The notes beneath the pieces are model-generated. The model saw only the letters and a program-made list of their open reading frames with translations, did not search any database and was not told the DNA's origin. A stretch of DNA of 64,000 nt from an uncultured Phycisphaerales bacterium (GTDB lineage: Bacteria; Planctomycetota; Phycisphaerae; Tepidisphaerales; Tepidisphaeraceae), in contig CAVWLP010000002.1 in the NCBI GenBank assembly GCA_963755915.1, forward strand, positions 2,496,001 through 2,560,000, written 5' to 3'. Below are positions 22,944-32,003 of the stretch, piece by piece. Position 1 is the stretch's first letter. Each line of letters starts with the position of its first letter. The position numbers and the translations under genes are program-made.

Positions 22944-23016
22944 GTTCGCGCAGAGGCGCGGAGAGAGGCAGGATTGAAACTGGTTCTCTCAACGCCTCAG
23001 CGCTTCTGCGCGAAAC
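22944..23016. repeat. REP-like palindrome family A (uninterrupted)
   Basis: GTTCGCGCAGAGGCGC..CAGCGCTTCTGCGCGAAAC. Confidence 0.8.
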
Positions 23017-23611
23017 GAGCATTTTGGAGCCGGGCATTTTAGAAGCGGGACGGGAGCGGGTTTGTCGGATTGGCTGTTGAACCAGGGCACGTGGCTTGAA
23101 AGAATGTCGAAGACCCCCACCCCGGCCCTCCCCCGGAGTACCTGACGGCCCGACACTTTTCTAACGCGCTGGCCAAGGGGCGCTCGTCTAAAGACGAAAT
23201 GCAAATGCAATGCGGGAGGGGCGAGGGGGAACCGATATAGGGCCCCAAAAGTTTCCCCCTCGCCCCTCCCGCACCCTCCCCACTCCCCTTCCTTTTCCCC
23301 TCAACGCTCCCCCTAAAATGCGTGCACGACAGCATCCATGCAATCGCGTGCCCCAACGCCATCGCGGACCAGGTGCGCGAACCATTAGCGAAACGCCTCC
23401 GCATTTTGTCTTTCGGCTTGGACGGTTAGGGGAAGCCGGAAAGTGGTGGTGGGGGTGCGGGGGAGGCGGCGAAAACCGCTTGGGGCCTTATGGGTGTCAT
23501 GGGGCGCGCAAAACCGGCCAATTGAGGGCGCACCAAAACCGGCCATTTTGAGGCACAGGAGATTGGGTTATCGACCTTGGCTTTCGGCGGTTGCCGCAAG
23601 CCAATGGTGGG

Positions 23612-25411
23612 ATGGCCAATCAACTCAAGATGGCGGAAGTACAAGCAATTTTGGCACTTGCGCAGCGGCTGGTCCAATCGGAACATCGCCCGCCAACTCG
23701 GCGTTCACCGGGAGACCGTTGGACGCCACATCCGGTTGTCGGGCGGCGATCCTGCGGCGCCCGGATCGGATTCAAAACCGGCCAGCGCCCCTCGGCTCGA
23801 CGGTGCTCGCCGCAGGCGGCTCGACGGTGCTCGCCGCAGGCGGCTCGACGGTGCTCGCCGCAGGCGGCTCGACGGTGCTCGCCGCAGGCGGCTCGACGGT
23901 GCTCGCCGCAGGCGGCTCGACGGTGCTCGCCGCAGGCGGCTCGACGGTGCTCGCCGCAGGCGGCTCGACGGTGCTCGCCGCAGGCGGCTCGGAGAGCGCG
24001 CCCACCGGGTTATCCGGCGCGCCCATCGGGTCGGTCAGTACGGCATCGCCCTGGCGTGAGGTCATTGTTCAGAAGTTGGAAGCCGGGCTGACGGCCCAGC
24101 GGATTTATCAAGACATCTCCAGCGATCACGGCTATGCCGGCAGCTATTACAGCGTGCGCCGGTTCATCAAGAAGCTCTCGGCTGCCGCGCCGGCGCCCTT
24201 TCGCCGGATGGAATGCGAGCCGGGAGCCGAGGCGCAGGTGGACTTCGGCCGGGGTGCGCCCTGGTCGGTCCTGACGGCAAACGCAAAGCAACCTGGGTCT
24301 TCCGCATTGTGCTGAGCCACAGCCGCAAGGGGTACGCCGAGGCGGTGGAGCGGCAGACGACCGATGATTTTCTGCGTTGTCTGGAAAATGCCTTTACGCA
24401 CTTCGGCGGGATGCCGTCAGCGCTGGTGATCGACAATCTTCGCGCGGCGGTGACGCGGGCGGACTGGTTCGAGGCGGAGTTGTGTCCCAAGGTCCGGTCG
24501 TTCGCCGAACATTATGGAATCGCCATTCTGCCCACCAAGCCGTACACGCCGCGGCACAAGGGGAAGATCGAGCGGGGCATCGGCTATGTGAAGAGCAATG
24601 CTCTCAAAGGCCGGCAATTCGCCTCGCTCTCGGATCAGAACGCGCATCTGCTGACGTGGGAGAAGAGCGTGGCCGACACGCGCATCCACGGCACGACGCG
24701 GCGGCAGGTGAAGGAAGTCTTCGAGCAGGTAGAGAAGCCGGCACTGTTGGCTCTGCCGCCGGTGCGATTCGATCTTTTCACCGAGGCGTTGCGCAGTGTT
24801 CACCGCGACGGGCACGTGGAGATCAAGGGGGCGTACTATTCGGTCCCGCCGGAGTTTTTGGGCCAGCGGGTCTGGGCGCGGTGGGACGGCGCACGGTCCG
24901 GCTGTTCGATCAGAAGATGCGTGCGATCGCTCTGCACGCGCAGCGTCCGCCGGGCAGGTTCTCGACGCAAGACGCCCATATCCTGCCGGAGAAGATCAGC
25001 GGCATCGAGCGTGGAACGACCTGGCTTCTCCAGCGGATCGAATGCATCGGGCCGCACGCCACGCAGTGGGCGCAGTCAATGCTTCAGCATCGCGGCATCG
25101 AAGGCGTGCGCGTGTTGATGGGGCTGCTGTCGCTGGCCAATCAGCAGCCGCGACCGGCCGTGGAACGAGCCTGCGAGATTGCTCTGGGGCATGGCGCGTA
25201 TCACCTGCGCTCCCTGCGGCAGCTCATCGAACACCAAAACGGCGCGCCGGTTCAACAACACTTCGAGTTTGTTCAGGAACATCCAATCATCCGCGGACTG
25301 GCCGATTACGGACAGTTCGTACGCGACGCAATCACCCAAGCGGAGGCTTTGCCTGCCGCACAACCTTTACAGGCCTGCCCTGAGCAGAGCCGAAGGGAGT
25401 CCACCCCATGA
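23612..25411 (+). CDS. istA: IS21 transposase IstA, frameshifted
   Basis: HTH WSNRNIARQLGVHRETV; EAQVDFG, VIDNLRAAV, KGKIERGIGYVK and RIHGTT motifs. Confidence 0.92.
23793..23991 (+). repeat. Tandem repeat, 8 x 24 bp (CGGCTCGACGGTGCTCGCCGCAGG)
   Basis: Eight identical units with no spacers; encodes (GSTVLAAG)8. Confidence 0.97.
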
Positions 25412-26298
25412 GACCTTCGTTGATGCAGACGCTCAAGCAACTTCGGCTTTCAGGTCTGGCGAGCAGCCTTGAAGTTCGCCTGAGCGAGGCGGCCGGCAAT
25501 CGGCTCGACCACAGTGAGTTTTTGGAACTGATCCTTCAGGATGAACTGAACGTCCGATCCAGCCGGCAGATCGGCCGGCGCGTCAAGGCGGCGATGTTCC
25601 GCGACACCAAAAACCTCGACGAGTTCGACTTCTCCTTCAACACCTCCATCAAACGCAAACAGATTCACGATCTGGCCGCCGGCCAGTTCATTCGTGACAA
25701 ACGTGACGTGCTCTTGCTGGGTCCGCCCGGCGTGGGCAAATCGTTTTTGGCCCAGGCCATCGGACACCAGGCGATCAAGAGCGGCTTGGTGGTCCTGTAC
25801 CGATCCATCTTCGACCTGGCCCGCGACTTTTTAGGCGACGAGGATCTGGGAGCCCAGGACAAGACGCTGGCCCGGTATCTCAAGCCTGATCTGCTTATCA
25901 TCGACGACATGGGAATGAAGCAGCTTCCGCGGCGCAGCGGCGAATGCCTGCTGGAGATCGTCATGCGCCGGCACGAGAACCGCTCGACGATGATGACCAG
26001 CAACCGTCCACTGGAGGACTGGGCCAAGCTGATCGGCGACGTGCCGGCGGCCACGGCCATTCTGGATCGGTTCCTGCAGCACGCCACGATCATCAACATC
26101 ACCGGCAAGAGCTACCGCCTTCGGCATGGGGGCCATTCGACTTCGCTCACGGCAGGCCAATCCGGGACACCGGAAAAGACAAATCCAAAAGGACGGCGGA
26201 GTACCGCCGGCGATGAAGGGTGCTCCCCCCCGGAAGACACCGTGACAGAGCCGCCGTTGTCTTCTGATGTGGGGGTATCCGCCGGCCAGACGGCGTGA
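25408..26298 (+). CDS. istB: IS21 helper AAA+ ATPase IstB
   Basis: GPPGVGKS, LLIIDDMG, TSNRP, AILDRF and GKSYRL motifs. Confidence 0.95.
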   Translation: MRPSLMQTLKQLRLSGLASSLEVRLSEAAGNRLDHSEFLELILQDELNVRSSRQIGRRVKAAMFRDTKNLDEFDFSFNTSIKRKQIHDLAAGQFIRDKRDVLLLGPPGVGKSFLAQAIGHQAIKSGLVVLYRSIFDLARDFLGDEDLGAQDKTLARYLKPDLLIIDDMGMKQLPRRSGECLLEIVMRRHENRSTMMTSNRPLEDWAKLIGDVPAATAILDRFLQHATIINITGKSYRLRHGGHSTSLTAGQSGTPEKTNPKGRRSTAGDEGCSPPEDTVTEPPLSSDVGVSAGQTA

Positions 26299-26619
26299 AC
26301 GGGGACCAATAACTCAAGGAACAGTTGCGTCGGATAGAACGGATGCGGTATAGAATACGTCAGCACATTGGCCGGTTTTGAAGCGCCCCGCCCTGGCTGG
26401 TTTTGGGCGCCCCGTGACAATGGGGTTGTCGCCGCCTCCCCTGCATTGCATTTGCATTTGTCTTTAATAGAGCTGGCCACTTGGTCTCCGAACTCGAACA
26501 AAGTGTCGGGCGGTCAGCCCGGAGTACCAGGGGAGGGGGAAAAGGGGGACATGCGATTGGCCTGGCCGTTGAACTCCTCTGAAACTTGAAAGCTGGCGGG
26601 AAACAGTTCTATTTAAGCC

Positions 26620-27672
26620 ATGCCAATTCTGCCGGCCCTTCGGAAACGGCGCCCGCCGAGGTGGAGGGATTATTATACGCTCCTGTTTCTTTTCCTGTGC
26701 GCCGTGCTCCTTGGGCCGTGGTTTACGTTTTATGGGCTTTATGCCGATCACCGGGACCGCCCCAGCCTGCAGTGGCCCAAAGTTTCCGGCATGCTCGTTC
26801 AGGAACGGAAACGGTATAGCGTGGGTCGTACCTCCGACGAGATGGTCAATGTCAGCTACACGTATGCCGTCAATGGTCATCATTATGTGGGCCACCACAT
26901 TCCGGCCTGGAGCACACAATGGGACGCCTACGAAGACGACCGATCCATGGCGTTTGCAAACGCGCATCCGGTCGGCTCGGTGGTGGCAGTCTATTACGAC
27001 CCGGAACAACCGGACAATGCCGCGCTGCTGCCCGGACCGGACGTGGCGGGCAACCGCTTCTTCATGATTGGCGGCTGCGCCATTTTGGTTTGCGGGCTGT
27101 TTCTGGTAACGATGAACTTCAACAAGCTCGCTGCGATGAAGTCAGCGATTCAGGCAAGGGAGGCGAGGCATCGGACGGTCGGCCCGCACAAACACGGCGC
27201 TTTGCGGCACGGTTTTGCCAGCTATGAGCCCGCGTGCAAACGAAAGCTGAATATTTTCCCGGACCAGCAATGCCTGGATGAAGTCCTCGGTCATCGGGGC
27301 AAGCCGCTGCAGGACTGGAAGGCGGAAGACCGGATGATTGATGTCGCGGGGTGTGAATACCGGATTGTCAAAGAGCCCGGCAAAAAAGCCTATGACCTCA
27401 GTCCGACAGGCGAGAAGTGGACGTATGAACAATTGCTCGGCGTTGCCGAGGAGGATGAACGGGCGGCGAAGAAAAAACCCGAGGCGCTGCGTCAATTGCT
27501 GGATGAAGTTGGGGAGAAGGACCGGATGGGGGTGCTGATGAAGGCATTGGACGCGAAATCGGAGATGCCGCAGTGGTTCGAGGCGGCGTTTGTGGCTTTT
27601 CTGGTATTGTTTGCCCTTGGTTGTGCCGCCGTCGGCGTTGCCATTTTTGAATTGGTGACGAAATATTTTTAA
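26620..27672 (+). CDS. DUF3592-like membrane protein
   Basis: TM-WPKVSG..VSYTYAVNG..VAVYYDPEQPDNAAL-TM pattern. Confidence 0.7.
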   Translation: MPILPALRKRRPPRWRDYYTLLFLFLCAVLLGPWFTFYGLYADHRDRPSLQWPKVSGMLVQERKRYSVGRTSDEMVNVSYTYAVNGHHYVGHHIPAWSTQWDAYEDDRSMAFANAHPVGSVVAVYYDPEQPDNAALLPGPDVAGNRFFMIGGCAILVCGLFLVTMNFNKLAAMKSAIQAREARHRTVGPHKHGALRHGFASYEPACKRKLNIFPDQQCLDEVLGHRGKPLQDWKAEDRMIDVAGCEYRIVKEPGKKAYDLSPTGEKWTYEQLLGVAEEDERAAKKKPEALRQLLDEVGEKDRMGVLMKALDAKSEMPQWFEAAFVAFLVLFALGCAAVGVAIFELVTKYF

Positions 27673-27792
27673 CCGCCAAGAAACTATGAAGCCGAGCCTT
27701 TCTCGGGACGTGAACGGGGTCAAAATGCCCCAAGTATGAACGAGCGTACCGCGTAGGTCGCTCAAACGTCTTTTTTGAGAAAGGACTCGGCA

Positions 27793-28836
27793 ATGCGAAT
27801 TCTCGCTTTGGACCTGGGAAAGAACAAGAGCGTTTTTGTGGATTATGTCACCGGCGGTGGAGAAAGAACGTTCGGCAAGATCGGCACCAATGCCCACGAG
27901 GTGCAAAAACTACTCGAGCGGGTGCGTCCGGATCGACTGGTCATCGAGGCCGGTCCGGCGGCAGGATGGGTTTGTGATCTGGCGGAGCGGAACAATGTTC
28001 CCGTCCAGGTGGCCAATGGCAACGATGAACGCTGGCGCTGGAAGACGGTGAAGGAGAAGAGTGATCGTAAAGACGCGCTGAAGATGGCGGCGATGTCGGA
28101 GATGGATTCGCTGCCGACGGTGCACGTGCCCAAGGCATCGGTTCGGCAGTGGCGTTCATTGATTGAATACAGACACGGCCTGGTGGATCGCCGCACGGCG
28201 CTCAAGAACTCGATCCGATCAATCTACGAGCGGCAGGGTTTGTATTTGCCCTCGGCGACCAAGGCGTGGACGAAAGCGCGACTGGAGGAAATGAGGAAGG
28301 AAGCAGCGGCCGCATCGGCGGAAGATCTGTGGCTGTTTCAGATCGGTTGTGAGGTGGCGCAACTGGAGCACCTGGAGAAGCAGATCGAAACTGTCGAAAG
28401 CAAGCTTCAGGAGTTGGGCCAGGCCAACAAAGCGGTGAAACGATTGCAGGAGGTGCCCGGCGTTGGTCCGCGGCTGAGCGAGGCGGTGGCGGTGATCATT
28501 GATGATCCCAGGCGATTCAAGAATGCACGTCAGGTGGGATGTTACGTGGGTCTGACGCCGCGGCGCTGGCAGAGCGGCGACAGCGATCGCCAGGGGCGGA
28601 TCAGCAAGGCAGGCAACGCGCTGCTGCGGGAGTTGCTGGTGGAGGTGGCGTGGCTGGGGGTTCATCGCAATACGTGGATGAAGGACGTGTACGAGAGGGT
28701 TCTACGTGACAGCGAGAAGCGCAAGAAGATCGCGATTGTTGCGGTAGCCAGGAGATTACTGGTGAAGCTGTGGGCGATGCTGCGGGACGGAACCCGATGG
28801 AGAGAACCCCAGCGATCGCTGACGGCGGCCACTTGA
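27793..28836 (+). CDS. IS110 family DEDD recombinase/transposase
   Basis: ALDLGK, IEAG, SDRKDA, VPGVG and GLTPRRWQSG..GRISKAGN motifs. Confidence 0.95.
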   Translation: MRILALDLGKNKSVFVDYVTGGGERTFGKIGTNAHEVQKLLERVRPDRLVIEAGPAAGWVCDLAERNNVPVQVANGNDERWRWKTVKEKSDRKDALKMAAMSEMDSLPTVHVPKASVRQWRSLIEYRHGLVDRRTALKNSIRSIYERQGLYLPSATKAWTKARLEEMRKEAAAASAEDLWLFQIGCEVAQLEHLEKQIETVESKLQELGQANKAVKRLQEVPGVGPRLSEAVAVIIDDPRRFKNARQVGCYVGLTPRRWQSGDSDRQGRISKAGNALLRELLVEVAWLGVHRNTWMKDVYERVLRDSEKRKKIAIVAVARRLLVKLWAMLRDGTRWREPQRSLTAAT

Positions 28837-28869
28837 AAATCGAAAAGGCGATGACTGTCCCGACAAGTC

Positions 28870-29145
28870 GGTACAGGCGATGGAGTATCTCCCCTCCGGA
28901 AGACACCGTGTCAGAAAGCCGTTGTCTTCTGTGCAGGGGATTGAGTAGAGTTGAAGTGAAGTGGAATTGACGCGTTCGTGCAGGTTGAATGAGCAAGGCC
29001 AGACCCCGGTTGGCGTCTTAAGCTTCAAAGCTTGCCGCTAAGAATAGGGCTGGCCATTTGTACAGTTGAATAGGCCCGCCGCCAGGCGAGAGCACTGAAT
29101 AGAAGGCTCACCCAATCGACCGCATGAGCGATCAACGCCCCTTGA
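28870..29145 (+). ncRNA. Putative bridge/seek RNA in the IS1111 3' non-coding end
   Basis: Internal loop 28997-29055 carries guides matching both sides of the insertion target; RNA ends approximate. Confidence 0.75.
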
Positions 29146-29315
29146 CAAGGCTCGGCTCATAGAAGACGCCAAGAGACTTCGATGAGCTCTCTTCGAGCCT
29201 GAGCCTCAGAGCCGAAGGCAGTCGAGCCGCGCCAAGAAATACAAATTGCTTATGGGTGAGGTTCCCCATTCGAATTTTTTCCCCCTGTGGCAGGCAATTT
29301 CAGGCGTCGGACAGA

Positions 29316-30095
29316 TCACCGCGATTCGGCGGGGAGAGTGTTGGTATGATCCAGGGCACCGAAGCGCCGATTGCGGGACGCAAACTCGGCGAGGGTCTTG
29401 TGGAATTCCTCGATATTGAAATCCGGCCAGAGGACGGGGCTCACGACAAGCTCGGCATAGCTGATCTGCCAGAGGAGGTAGTTGCTGACGCGCATTTCGC
29501 CCGCGGTGCGGATGAGCAAATCCGGATCGGGCATGCCGGCGGTGTAGAGATGGTCGCTGATGGTTTGCTCGCGGATGTCGCGCGGATCGATTTTCCGACC
29601 GCGGCTTTGGCGGCGATGGCACGGACGGCATCCGTGATCTCCGCGCGAGCCATAGTTGAGGGCGAGATTGAGTTGAAGGCCGTCATTATTGGCGGTTTCC
29701 GCCAAGGTCTGGTTCACCTGGTCGTTGACGAGATCGGGCAGATTCTCCAGACGGCCGATCTGCTTGAAGCGGATGTTGTTCTCCATCATCGTCGGCTGCT
29801 CCTGGCGGAGATAATCGACGTACATCTGCATGAGATAAGTGACTTCCGAGGCGGGGCGTTTCCAGTTTTCCAGGCTGAAGGAATAAAGCGTGAGGAAATC
29901 GGGAGCCCCATATTCCCGGCGGAGGCGGGAGCATTCGGTGACGAGGCCGCGGACGACCTTTGCCCCCTGTTGATGACCCTCGACGCGAGGCAGCCCGCGG
30001 GCGACGGCCCAGCGGCCGTTGCCGTCCATGATAATGGCAATGTGGCGCGGAATGCGCTGGAAGGGAAGATCGTCGAGCAGGGTCATTTGGGCCAT
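29316..30095 (-). CDS. uppS: Isoprenyl transferase (undecaprenyl diphosphate synthase), frameshifted
   Basis: HIAIIMDGNGRWA, FSLENWKRP, LNYGSR and DLLIRTAGEMRVSNYLLWQ motifs. Confidence 0.95.
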   Translation of the reverse strand: MAQMTLLDDLPFQRIPRHIAIIMDGNGRWAVARGLPRVEGHQQGAKVVRGLVTECSRLRREYGAPDFLTLYSFSLENWKRPASEVTYLMQMYVDYLRQEQPTMMENNIRFKQIGRLENLPDLVNDQVNQTLAETANNDGLQLNLALNYGSRGDHGCRPCHRRQSRGRKIDPRDIREQTISDHLYTAGMPDPDLLIRTAGEMRVSNYLLWQISYAELVVSPVLWPDFNIEEFHKTLAEFASRNRRFGALDHTNTLPAESR

Positions 30096-30137
30096 TAGTT
30101 TAAGAGGGTTTACGTTTGGATTCTATGGGCGGATGGA

Positions 30138-30377
30138 TTAAAGAATGTGGGGAGGGCGATCGCCTGGCACTGCATTGGGACTGGATTGGCGAGACCGGAG
30201 ATTACGCAGCTCGGCAAGGACCGATTCGCCGTCGAGCGGGGGGCCGGATTGTTCGCCTTCGGACAACAATTTGTCCCATTCACCAGGCTCGAAATCGCCG
30301 GCGTGTCCTTGGGTTTCCGGCGCATCACAGGCGATTATTTCGCGCTTCTCCGCAGAATTGTGTTTGCCGGAATCCAT
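30138..30377 (-). CDS. Small hypothetical protein, ParD-antitoxin-like C-terminus
   Basis: WDKLLSEGEQSGPPLDGESVLAELR. Confidence 0.35.
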   Translation of the reverse strand: MDSGKHNSAEKREIIACDAPETQGHAGDFEPGEWDKLLSEGEQSGPPLDGESVLAELRNLRSRQSSPNAVPGDRPPHIL

Positions 30378-30545
30378 TGGAAGCTCGTAAGCCGCAATTG
30401 TAGCAAGGTGAACGGGGACCGATAAACATAATTTGGTCAATAATTGGGTGCGCAATCTTGATCTATCCAAATATCTTTTCAATCCGGGATGTTTTTCATT
30501 GTGATTCCGTCCAGAGCGTGGGATATTGTTGTGTTGTCAGCACCG

Positions 30546-31481
30546 ATGTCGCAGGAGATGGACATCTCGTGGCAGGTGCTCGGCCGAATTGTGCGGGAGT
30601 GGGGCGGCAGTTCGGCCGAGATAGCGGAGATTACTCCGCTGGACGGGGGATGTATCAGCACGACGGTAGCGATAGTTCTGGGGGATGGTCGGAAAGTCGT
30701 CTGCAAAATCTCGCCGCATCGGGTGGATCGAAGTTATATCAACGAAGCTCATCAATTGAAGTGCATGCGTGGGCTGGGAGTGCCGACGCCGGAGGTTTAT
30801 TCGGCGAAGGTGGGGTCGCTGGAGGATCCGTTTAGTTACATCCTTATGGAATTTGTGGAGGGGGTGAATCTGCACCGGGCGCGGCAGCAGTGCTCGCCGG
30901 AGCAGTTTGATGGGCTTCAGGCGCGGCTGGCGGAGATGATTTTGATGCTGCACGAGCGGACGGCGCCGGCGTATGGGCGGCTGGAGATCGAGCCGCCGGC
31001 GTCGCAGTTTGAATCGTGGCCGGCGTTTTATCGCACGGTGTTCGATCCGATTTATCGGGATGTGATGAAGACGGAGTCGTTGCCGGTCAAGACGCGGCGG
31101 CATATTGGGAAGATTCACGAGAGGCTGGACAAGCTGCTTCAGCATGATGAGGTGCCGCGGCTGGTGCACTGGGATGTGTGGGCGACGAATATTCTGGTGA
31201 AGCCGGACGAGGCGGGGGAGTGGAAAGTCGCGGCGATCCTGGATCCGAACTGCAAATTCGCGCACTTCGAGGCGGAGATCGCGTATATGACGCTCTTTCA
31301 TACGTCGACGCCGGCGTTTTTGAAGGCGTATCAGCATGTGCGAAAACTCAGCGATGAATATCACCGGGTGCGGAAGCTGGTTTATCAGCTTTATTTTCTC
31401 CTGAACCATGTGGTGCTGTTTGGGGGGGAGTATGTGAAACAGGCGGTGATGGCGGTGGATCGGCTGGGGGCGGTGGCGTAA
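30546..31481 (+). CDS. Fructosamine kinase / APH phosphotransferase family protein
   Basis: LDGGCIS, LVHWDVWATNI and ILDP motifs. Confidence 0.85.
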   Translation: MSQEMDISWQVLGRIVREWGGSSAEIAEITPLDGGCISTTVAIVLGDGRKVVCKISPHRVDRSYINEAHQLKCMRGLGVPTPEVYSAKVGSLEDPFSYILMEFVEGVNLHRARQQCSPEQFDGLQARLAEMILMLHERTAPAYGRLEIEPPASQFESWPAFYRTVFDPIYRDVMKTESLPVKTRRHIGKIHERLDKLLQHDEVPRLVHWDVWATNILVKPDEAGEWKVAAILDPNCKFAHFEAEIAYMTLFHTSTPAFLKAYQHVRKLSDEYHRVRKLVYQLYFLLNHVVLFGGEYVKQAVMAVDRLGAVA

Positions 31482-31518
31482 TGTTTTGGGGTCTGGCATC
31501 AGCGACTTGAGGCTTGGT

Positions 31519-31779
31519 TCAGCTTTTGATCAATCGCTCATATTCTTCGTGGCGGCCGATCCAATGCCAATAAATCGCGCTGGCCCTCAGGACTCCGATC
31601 GCGCGATAATTCAATGTTATTCGTACGCTCCAGATATCCGCGCGGATCGGTTTAAAATGCAACGAGGGGTGACGGGGATCTGAGAGCCAAAGACGATAGG
31701 CCTTTCGAGCGGCCTCCTGAGTTTCGGGAGAAAGCGCTTCGAACAACAGCTTAAATTTGGCGGTCCTAAATGATTTCAC
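31519..31779 (-). CDS. RelE/ParE-superfamily toxin
   Basis: DPRHPSLHFK..WSVRITLNYRAIG..WHWIGRHEEYE. Confidence 0.85.
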   Translation of the reverse strand: MKSFRTAKFKLLFEALSPETQEAARKAYRLWLSDPRHPSLHFKPIRADIWSVRITLNYRAIGVLRASAIYWHWIGRHEEYERLIKS

Positions 31780-32003
31780 AATTCGTCTGGATCGAGTTCC
31801 GTAACTTGCTCGGTGCGAATCGCTTCATCGACTTCGGCGGCGAAGTTGTCCAGCGTTGATTGAGAGCTGGAAAAAATCTGCTCCCACCGAGCCTCGTCCA
31901 GTACGTCGTCAAAATGAGCGGAAAGATATTTAGCCAACACTTCCTGCTCATGGGTTGGAAGGGAATCGATCTTTTGGATAATGTCTGCGGCTTGCCTCAC
32001 CAT
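31776..32003 (-). CDS. Cognate antitoxin (putative)
   Basis: Acidic 75-aa ORF overlapping the toxin start by 4 bp. Confidence 0.75.
   Translation of the reverse strand: MVRQAADIIQKIDSLPTHEQEVLAKYLSAHFDDVLDEARWEQIFSSSQSTLDNFAAEVDEAIRTEQVTELDPDEL

Larger units (their letters stand above)
23495..26419 (+). mobile_element. IS21 family insertion sequence
   Basis: TGTCA...TGACA ends, repeated AAAACCGGCCA boxes, 5-bp TSD ATGGG (23490-23494, 26420-26424), istA/istB. Confidence 0.95.
23142..26517. mobile_element. Non-autonomous foldback MITE (~446 bp when the IS21 is removed)
   Basis: TIRs CTGACGGCCCGACACTTT / AAAGTGTCGGGCGGTCAG; 10-bp TSD CCCGGAGTAC at 23132-23141 and 26518-26527. Confidence 0.88.
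27682..29166 (+). mobile_element. IS110 family element, IS1111 group
   Basis: Sub-terminal IRs CTATGAAGCCGAGCCTT (27684-27700) / AAGGCTCGGCTCATAG (29147-29162); AAGA at both junctions; long 3' non-coding end. Confidence 0.92.

Noticed and set aside
23793-23991. Possible CRISPR array
   Set aside because: Head-to-tail identical units without spacers, inside istA, and no cas genes
28876-28895. Second fluoride riboswitch (GGCGATGGAGT start)
   Set aside because: Lacks the CGCC closing P1 and the downstream GACTCC pseudoknot partner
28880-29110. Donor-binding guides of the IS1111 RNA
   Set aside because: Only short or partial matches to the donor junction (ATAGAAG ~29099-29105; AGTATCT ~28884-28890); too weak to assign without covariation analysis
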